A DNA stretch of 49,432 nt, taken from contig JAKSCH010000073.1 in NCBI GenBank assembly GCA_022360695.1, positions 1 to 49,432 of the forward strand, written 5' to 3'. Within the stretch, counting starts at the first letter, position 1, and each line of letters opens with the position of its first letter. This DNA is from Gemmatimonadota bacterium (GTDB lineage Bacteria > Gemmatimonadota > Gemmatimonadetes > Palauibacterales > Palauibacteraceae). The position numbers and the translations under genes were made by a program. The notes below the pieces were generated by a model. The model saw only the letters and a program-made list of their open reading frames with translations. It had not been told where the DNA came from and did no database searches. Of the stretch, positions 44,990-49,432 are shown piece after piece.

Positions 44990-46113
44990 CACCTCGCAAG
45001 AACCTGATCCTCGCGCTGGTCATCGCGGGGATGGCCTACCTGTCGTTCCACTTGATGCCCCGCATCGCGCTCGACTGGCACGGGAACCACGCCGACCGCC
45101 CGGCGCAGGGGCGTGAGCTCGCTCGCGAGCTTCAGGATCCGATCGCTGCGCTCGCGAGCGCGATGGAGGTCCAGTCGGCGCTCGAGACCGACCTGTTCGC
45201 GATCGCCGGCGTAGTCGGGGCGGGCATCGGGTTCTTGGACGCGGGGTCGCCGGTGATCAAGGTCTTCGTAGAGCCGGGGGTCGACTTGATCCTCCCGCAG
45301 GGTCTCGACTTCGGTGGACTCCCGGTCGAGATCGAGCCCGCCGGGCCGTTCACGATCCTCCCGCCGACCGCCGGAGCGGAGGCGGGGGACGGACTGTCGC
45401 CCAACTCCCGGTTCGAGCGACCCGTCCCGATGGGTGTCTCCACGGGGCACACGAAGTCCACCGCGGGCACGATCGGCGCGGTCGTCACCGATGGCTCGGA
45501 CACCTACGCGCTCAGCAACTGGCACGTATTCGTCCCGGGCGGTCAGGGGCGGTTGGGCGACGAGCTGCTCCAGCCCGGTCCGATCGACGGCGGCGTTCAG
45601 CCGGCGGATGTGATCGGCACGCTCGCGGCGTTCGAGCCCGTCCTGCTCTCGCCGTTCGCCGACAACCGGATCGACGCGGCGATCGCGCGTACGGACCAGG
45701 TGATGCCTCGTACGCCGGCAAACGGATATGGCGCGCCGCGAAGCGAGACGATCGCCGCCAAGCCCGGCCTCGCCGTGAAGAAGTACGGTCGGACGACCGG
45801 GTTGACGTTCGGAGAGGTCGATGCGGTCAACGCCTCGATCAACGTCAACTACGGGTCGGCGGGGTCACAGCTCGGACGCTTCACCGGTCAGGTCGTGTTG
45901 TGCTGCGACATGAGCCAGGGCGGCGACTCCGGGTCGCTCATCGTGGCGCACGACATCGATCGCGACGGGGACTCGGGACCCGACGATCGCAAGCCCGTCG
46001 CGCTGCTGTTCGCGGGCGACCGACGGTTGACGATCGCGAACCCGATCGATCTGGTGCTCGATCGCTTCGGGGTGACGATCGTGGGCGAGGAGAATCAGGC
46101 CCGGTCCCGCTAG
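44986..46113 (+). CDS. Membrane-anchored chymotrypsin-fold (S1) serine protease
   Basis: The N-terminal TM helix is NLILALVIAGMAYLSF. Triad candidates are LSNWHV (His), NRIDAAIA (Asp) and SQGGDSGS (Ser). Confidence 0.8.
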   Translation: MTPRKNLILALVIAGMAYLSFHLMPRIALDWHGNHADRPAQGRELARELQDPIAALASAMEVQSALETDLFAIAGVVGAGIGFLDAGSPVIKVFVEPGVDLILPQGLDFGGLPVEIEPAGPFTILPPTAGAEAGDGLSPNSRFERPVPMGVSTGHTKSTAGTIGAVVTDGSDTYALSNWHVFVPGGQGRLGDELLQPGPIDGGVQPADVIGTLAAFEPVLLSPFADNRIDAAIARTDQVMPRTPANGYGAPRSETIAAKPGLAVKKYGRTTGLTFGEVDAVNASINVNYGSAGSQLGRFTGQVVLCCDMSQGGDSGSLIVAHDIDRDGDSGPDDRKPVALLFAGDRRLTIANPIDLVLDRFGVTIVGEENQARSR

Positions 46114-46188
46114 AAACTCTTCAAGAGCCGGGGGTACGCCGGGCGACCCCTGGTTGCGAGCGAGGATCGAACCGTAGCTTGGCCGGCC

Positions 46189-46413
46189 ATGGCTCGATTC
46201 CCGTCGCATTATCGTCCCCGCACGACCGCGGGTCGGATCGCCGTCCTCGCCTTTCTCGGTCTCTTCGCGTTTACCCAGCCGCCGCTCGTGTTCTGGCTCG
46301 GCGATCGCGTCGAGCCCTGGATCGCAGGCGTGCCGTTCCTCTACGCCTATCTGGGCGTCCTCTACGCGCTGTTGATCGGCGTGCTCCTGTGGACCAAGCG
46401 ACGCGAGCTGTGA
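46189..46413 (+). CDS. DUF3311-like small two-TM membrane protein
   Basis: 74 aa with two hydrophobic helices, located immediately upstream of a sodium:solute symporter. This is the characteristic context of DUF3311. Confidence 0.65.
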   Translation: MARFPSHYRPRTTAGRIAVLAFLGLFAFTQPPLVFWLGDRVEPWIAGVPFLYAYLGVLYALLIGVLLWTKRREL

Positions 46414-46423
46414 ACGGCTGACC

Positions 46424-47917
46424 GTGGAGCCCTGGGTCGTCGCCACCGGTCTGATCTTCCTCTATCTCGTGGCCACCGTCGTGCTCGGTGGCGTCGCGAA
46501 CCGCCGGATGGCGGTCGACCTCGAGGACTTCCTCCTTTACGGGCGGAAGGCCGGGTTCGTGGTCCTCTACCTCACCGTCGTCGCGACGTACCACTCCGCG
46601 TTCGCGTTCCTCGGCTCCGGCGGGTTCTTCTACACGCACGGGATCGGGTTCTGGGTCGCCGGCGCGTGGACCGTGCTCGTGGGGGGGATCACCTACGTCC
46701 TCGGCAGCCGGATCTGGGCGCTCGGGAAGAACTTCGGCTACATCACGCCGGCCGACTTGCTCGCCGACTTCTACGAGTCCGACGCGGTACGGATCCTCAC
46801 CGCCATCGTGTCGGTGTTGTTCACGATCCTCTACATCCAGGTCCAAGCCCAGGGGCTCGGATACATCCTCTCCGTCGCGTCGGGCGATCGGATCTCGTTC
46901 GAGCTCGGTACCCTGATCCTCCTGGTGGTCGCGGCGGGCTACCTGATCGCGGGCGGTCTACGGGCCGTCTACTGGACCGATGTGATCCAGGGCGCCTGGA
47001 TGTACGTGGCAGTGTGGGTCGGCGCGCTCGTCCTCGCGTACGAGCTGTTCGGCGGACCGCTCGAGTTGTGGCAACGAGTCGCCACCGAACGACCGGACCT
47101 GCTCACGCTCCCCGGCCCCGAGGGGTTCTTCACTCCGGGGATGTGGTTCGGGATGGTGATCGTCCTGTCGTTCGGGATCGTCTTCCAACCGCATCTGATG
47201 ATCCGGTATTACACGGCCGTCTCGGGACGGACCATCAAGTGGCTGGGCGCGACGACGCCCATCTACCTGATGACGCTGTACGTACCGGCGGCGTTGGTGG
47301 GCTTGGGCGGAGCGATCGTCATGCCCGACATCGCGGTACCGGACCGCATCTTCCCGGAGATGCTGTTCAACTACGCGCCCGCGTGGCTGACCGGCGTGAT
47401 CCTGGCGGGCGCCACGGCCGCCGCCATGTCGACCCTGGACTCGATCCTCCACTCGAACATGACGGTCCTCACGCGCGACGTGTACCAGCGCTACCTCAAG
47501 ACGGATGGCAGCCCGGCGCACTACATCCTGATCGGCCGGATCCTCGTCGTGGTGCCCCTCGGCATCGGGTACATCCTGTCCGTCAACACGTTCGAGTTCC
47601 TCGTCGTCCTGGTGACGCTCTCGGGCGCCGGGGCGCTCCAGCTCATGCCGGCCATCCTCGGCGTGTGCTTCCCGAGCGCTCGCCTCACGACGGCCCCGGG
47701 GGTCTTGGCCGGCATCGGGACCGGTCTCGGCGCCCTGTACGCCACGCTCGTCGTATGGCCCCACCCGCTGGGCCTCCACGGCGGGGTGTGGGCGCTGCTC
47801 GCGAACTTCGTCGTGACCTGGATCGTCAGTCGGTTCTCATCGCCTCCGTCCGAGGAGACGGTGGAGCGGATCCACGGCGCCGTGGAGCGGTTCGTGTACG
47901 AGGGAGACCCTGCGTAG
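46424..47917 (+). CDS. Sodium:solute symporter (SSS) family transporter
   Basis: 497 aa with about 12-13 TM segments. The SSS-like N-terminus is DFLLYGRKAGFVVLYLTVVATYHSAFAFLGSGGFFY, and AGATAAAMSTLDS is also present. The start is a GTG. Confidence 0.9.
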   Translation: MEPWVVATGLIFLYLVATVVLGGVANRRMAVDLEDFLLYGRKAGFVVLYLTVVATYHSAFAFLGSGGFFYTHGIGFWVAGAWTVLVGGITYVLGSRIWALGKNFGYITPADLLADFYESDAVRILTAIVSVLFTILYIQVQAQGLGYILSVASGDRISFELGTLILLVVAAGYLIAGGLRAVYWTDVIQGAWMYVAVWVGALVLAYELFGGPLELWQRVATERPDLLTLPGPEGFFTPGMWFGMVIVLSFGIVFQPHLMIRYYTAVSGRTIKWLGATTPIYLMTLYVPAALVGLGGAIVMPDIAVPDRIFPEMLFNYAPAWLTGVILAGATAAAMSTLDSILHSNMTVLTRDVYQRYLKTDGSPAHYILIGRILVVVPLGIGYILSVNTFEFLVVLVTLSGAGALQLMPAILGVCFPSARLTTAPGVLAGIGTGLGALYATLVVWPHPLGLHGGVWALLANFVVTWIVSRFSSPPSEETVERIHGAVERFVYEGDPA

Positions 47918-47921
47918 CCGG

Positions 47922-48314
47922 ATGATCGTCGGCGTCGACACCGGGGGGACCTTCACCGACCTCATCGCGATCGACGGTTCCGAGGTCCGGATCCACAAGC
48001 TGCCGTCCACACCGAACGATCCATCCGCGGCCGTCCTCCGCGGGCTCGATGAGCTCCTGGGCGAGACGGGGGCCCGGGCGGCGAGGATCATCCACGGTTC
48101 GACCGTCGCGACGAATGCCCCGCTCGAGCGCAAAGGGGCGCGCCGAGCACCTTCCTTCGGGCAGGTTCCGCCTCAGAACCTGGGACCGGCCGCGATCGTA
48201 GATGTAGCGGGAGCCTCGAGCGCGGCGGATCATCAGACGCGTGTGTGGGCGCGGACGGCGTGGGAAGACCGCCATGTCACGATCCACGACTGGGGCGACC
48301 GCTTGTCGGGCTGA
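47922..48314 (+). pseudogene. Truncated hydantoinase/oxoprolinase A-subunit gene (N-terminal about 73 codons recognisable)
   Basis: MIVGVDTGGTFTDLIAIDGSEVRIHKLPSTPNDPSAAVLRGL...IIHGSTVATNAPLERKGAR matches the Hydantoinase_A N-terminal pattern. After ERKGAR the sequence loses all resemblance and stops at 130 aa, whereas full-length enzymes are several hundred aa. Confidence 0.55.
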
Positions 48315-48324
48315 CGGAGGCTGA

Positions 48325-48777
48325 ATGGGAAAACTCTGGGGCGGGAGCGCCCTGTTGGCCGTCGCGATGTTCATGGTGATCGGGTTTCTGGGAGCGAGCG
48401 TCGACCCGTCGGCGCCGGCCACGATCGTCGCGCTCCTCATCTCGGCCGGTCTGCCCGCGGTGGGTGGGTCGTACCTCCTGGCCAAGCACTTCGGCGTCGG
48501 CAAGCAGATCGAGGGGCGCCGGCAGGCGCTCATCCAGGACACGCTCGAGGCGGAGGTCCTCAAGATGGCCGGCCGTCACGACGGGAAGCTGACCGCGGTC
48601 GAGGTAGCCGGTGAGCTGGCGGTGCCGACGACGCAGGCCGAGGAGCTGCTCCAGGAGCTGATGGCAAAAGAGCTCGCGGACGTCGAGATCACCGAATCCG
48701 GTCTCTTGGTGTACGACTTCCACGATGTGCGGCACCTGGCGGAGAAACCCGAGGCGAGGGGGATCCTCGAGCCTTAG
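48325..48777 (+). CDS. Hypothetical membrane protein (two TM helices plus a possible winged-helix-like C-terminal domain)
   Basis: 150 aa with strong G/C at third positions and two hydrophobic helices. It ends in a soluble tail (KLTAVEVAGELAVPTTQAEELLQELMAKELADVEITESGLLVYDF). No family was recognised. Confidence 0.5.
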   Translation: MGKLWGGSALLAVAMFMVIGFLGASVDPSAPATIVALLISAGLPAVGGSYLLAKHFGVGKQIEGRRQALIQDTLEAEVLKMAGRHDGKLTAVEVAGELAVPTTQAEELLQELMAKELADVEITESGLLVYDFHDVRHLAEKPEARGILEP

Positions 48778-48792
48778 CTCGAGACGCGAAGG

Positions 48793-49432
48793 ATGAACCG
48801 AAGACTCGAAGCGCGTTGGCCGTGTCCCGTGTGTCTCGGCGTGAAGATGGAGAAGACCGCCATCGACAACGGGTCGTCGGAGGACGGTCCGCTGTTGCTC
48901 GACCACTGCCCGCGCTGCGGCGGCATGTGGTTCGAGCTCGGCGAGATCCAGCGGCTACGGAGCGAAAAGCCCGAAGCGCTCTGGGCCCAGATCCCGACGC
49001 GCGACGAGCCGCACCGAGCGCAGTGCCACTCCTGCCGAGCCGTCATCGACCGCGACGCGCACGAATGCGCGACGTGCGGAGCCAAGACCCACCTCGATTG
49101 CCCCGAGTGCGACGAACGGATGGAGCAGGTTCGACACGGAGCGCTCACGCTGGACGTTTGCAAACGCTGTAAGGGCGTTTGGTTCGACCACCACGAGCTC
49201 GAGCAGATCTGGTCGATCGAGCGGGACAAGCTTCTCGCGCGTCGGAAGAGGGGCGGGCTTCGGCGAGCCGGCGACGAAGGATCGGACATCCTACTCGAGA
49301 CGCTGGTGTGGGCTCCCGATCTCGTCTTCGTCGGGGCTCACGCGGCGGGCCACGCGGTGGCGGCGGCGGTGGAAGCCGCCCCGGGCGCCATCGAGGTCGT
49401 CGGCGAAGCTGCCGCGAGCGTGTTCGAGGTCA
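48793..49432 (+). CDS. Double zinc-ribbon (zf-TFIIB-like, PF13453-type) protein, 3'-partial at the window end
   Basis: This gene is not in the ORF track because it has no stop inside the window. My translation from the ATG at 48793 is MNRRLEARWPCPVCLGVKME...LDHCPRCGGMWFELGEIQRL...LDCPECDERMEQV...LDVCKRCKGVWFDHHELEQI. That is two CPxC...CxxCxGxWF units followed by a hydrophobic tail. Confidence 0.65.
   Translation, partial: MNRRLEARWPCPVCLGVKMEKTAIDNGSSEDGPLLLDHCPRCGGMWFELGEIQRLRSEKPEALWAQIPTRDEPHRAQCHSCRAVIDRDAHECATCGAKTHLDCPECDERMEQVRHGALTLDVCKRCKGVWFDHHELEQIWSIERDKLLARRKRGGLRRAGDEGSDILLETLVWAPDLVFVGAHAAGHAVAAAVEAAPGAIEVVGEAAASVFEV

Noticed and set aside
44318-44992. 224-aa minus-strand ORF spanning the remnant region and the small protease-associated gene.
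   Set aside because: It has no motifs and is antisense both to the small gene, which has good third-position G/C bias and an RBS, and to the recognisable P-loop/amidohydrolase frame.
46164-46173. ggatcgaacc, which looks like the reverse complement of a tRNA T-loop (GGTTCGATCC), in the gap before the DUF3311 gene.
   Set aside because: The flanking bases do not form a T-stem (cgagg/cgtag do not pair) or an acceptor stem. The required length would run into the coding sequence that starts at 46189. It is not a tRNA.
48774-49289. 171-aa minus-strand ORF and 118-aa plus-strand ORF (48816..49172) at the window end.
   Set aside because: A third frame (plus strand, from 48793) encodes an obvious double CxxC zinc-ribbon protein. 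The listed ORFs are shadow frames with Ser/Arg-rich sequence.
1-49432. Looked for CRISPR arrays, tandem or interspersed repeats, IS/transposase, integrase, phage, toxin-antitoxin, restriction-modification or other defence genes.
   Set aside because: None were recognised by eye. The intergenic spaces are short (the longest are about 300 and 530 bp) and contain no periodic repeats. An exhaustive repeat search needs computation (self-dot-plot, or minced/CRISPRCasFinder) that I could not run.

Overview
49.4 kb of very GC-rich bacterial chromosome; third codon positions are almost always G/C. Coding is dense. I found no rRNA, tRNA, CRISPR array, transposase, integrase or phage gene. No searches were run: every family call rests on motifs I read in the translated ORFs. 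The ORF track holds many long antisense or out-of-frame ORFs typical of high-GC DNA. I picked the coding frame by recognisable motifs, signal peptides and start/stop coupling, and trimmed several ORFs to internal starts that I checked in the nucleotide sequence. The gene content (large exported BNR/sortilin-like, M14, S9, FG-GAP/UnbV and amidohydrolase proteins) suggests a Gemmatimonadota-like environmental bacterium; this is inference only. Layout: (a) 1-22.6 kb holds mostly exported hydrolases and redox proteins: amidohydrolases, a multicopper oxidase, msrB, a rhodanese sulfurtransferase, a serine beta-lactamase-fold hydrolase coupled to a subclass B3 metallo-beta-lactamase, an M14 peptidase, a BNR protein and an S9 peptidase. 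(b) 22.9-37.9 kb is a glycan or glycolipid assembly locus built from two divergent operons plus a convergent GT-C gene. (c) 38-49.4 kb holds DinB, an amidohydrolase, a 1230-aa FG-GAP/UnbV protein, an NTF2-like protein, gene remnants, a membrane-anchored S1 protease with a free-standing paralogue of its own N-terminal domain, a DUF3311 plus sodium:solute symporter pair, a truncated hydantoinase gene, and a zinc-ribbon gene that runs off the window. The best candidate for an undescribed system is the 30.4-37.9 kb operon. It encodes an FkbH-like loader, a carrier-protein domain fused to a hexapeptide acyltransferase, an SDR, a SAM methyltransferase, a GlpD-like flavoenzyme and a GT4. No PKS or NRPS gene is present. 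It sits back-to-back with an AsnB / flippase-like / polyprenyl-phosphate GT2 / GT-C periplasmic glycosylation module.
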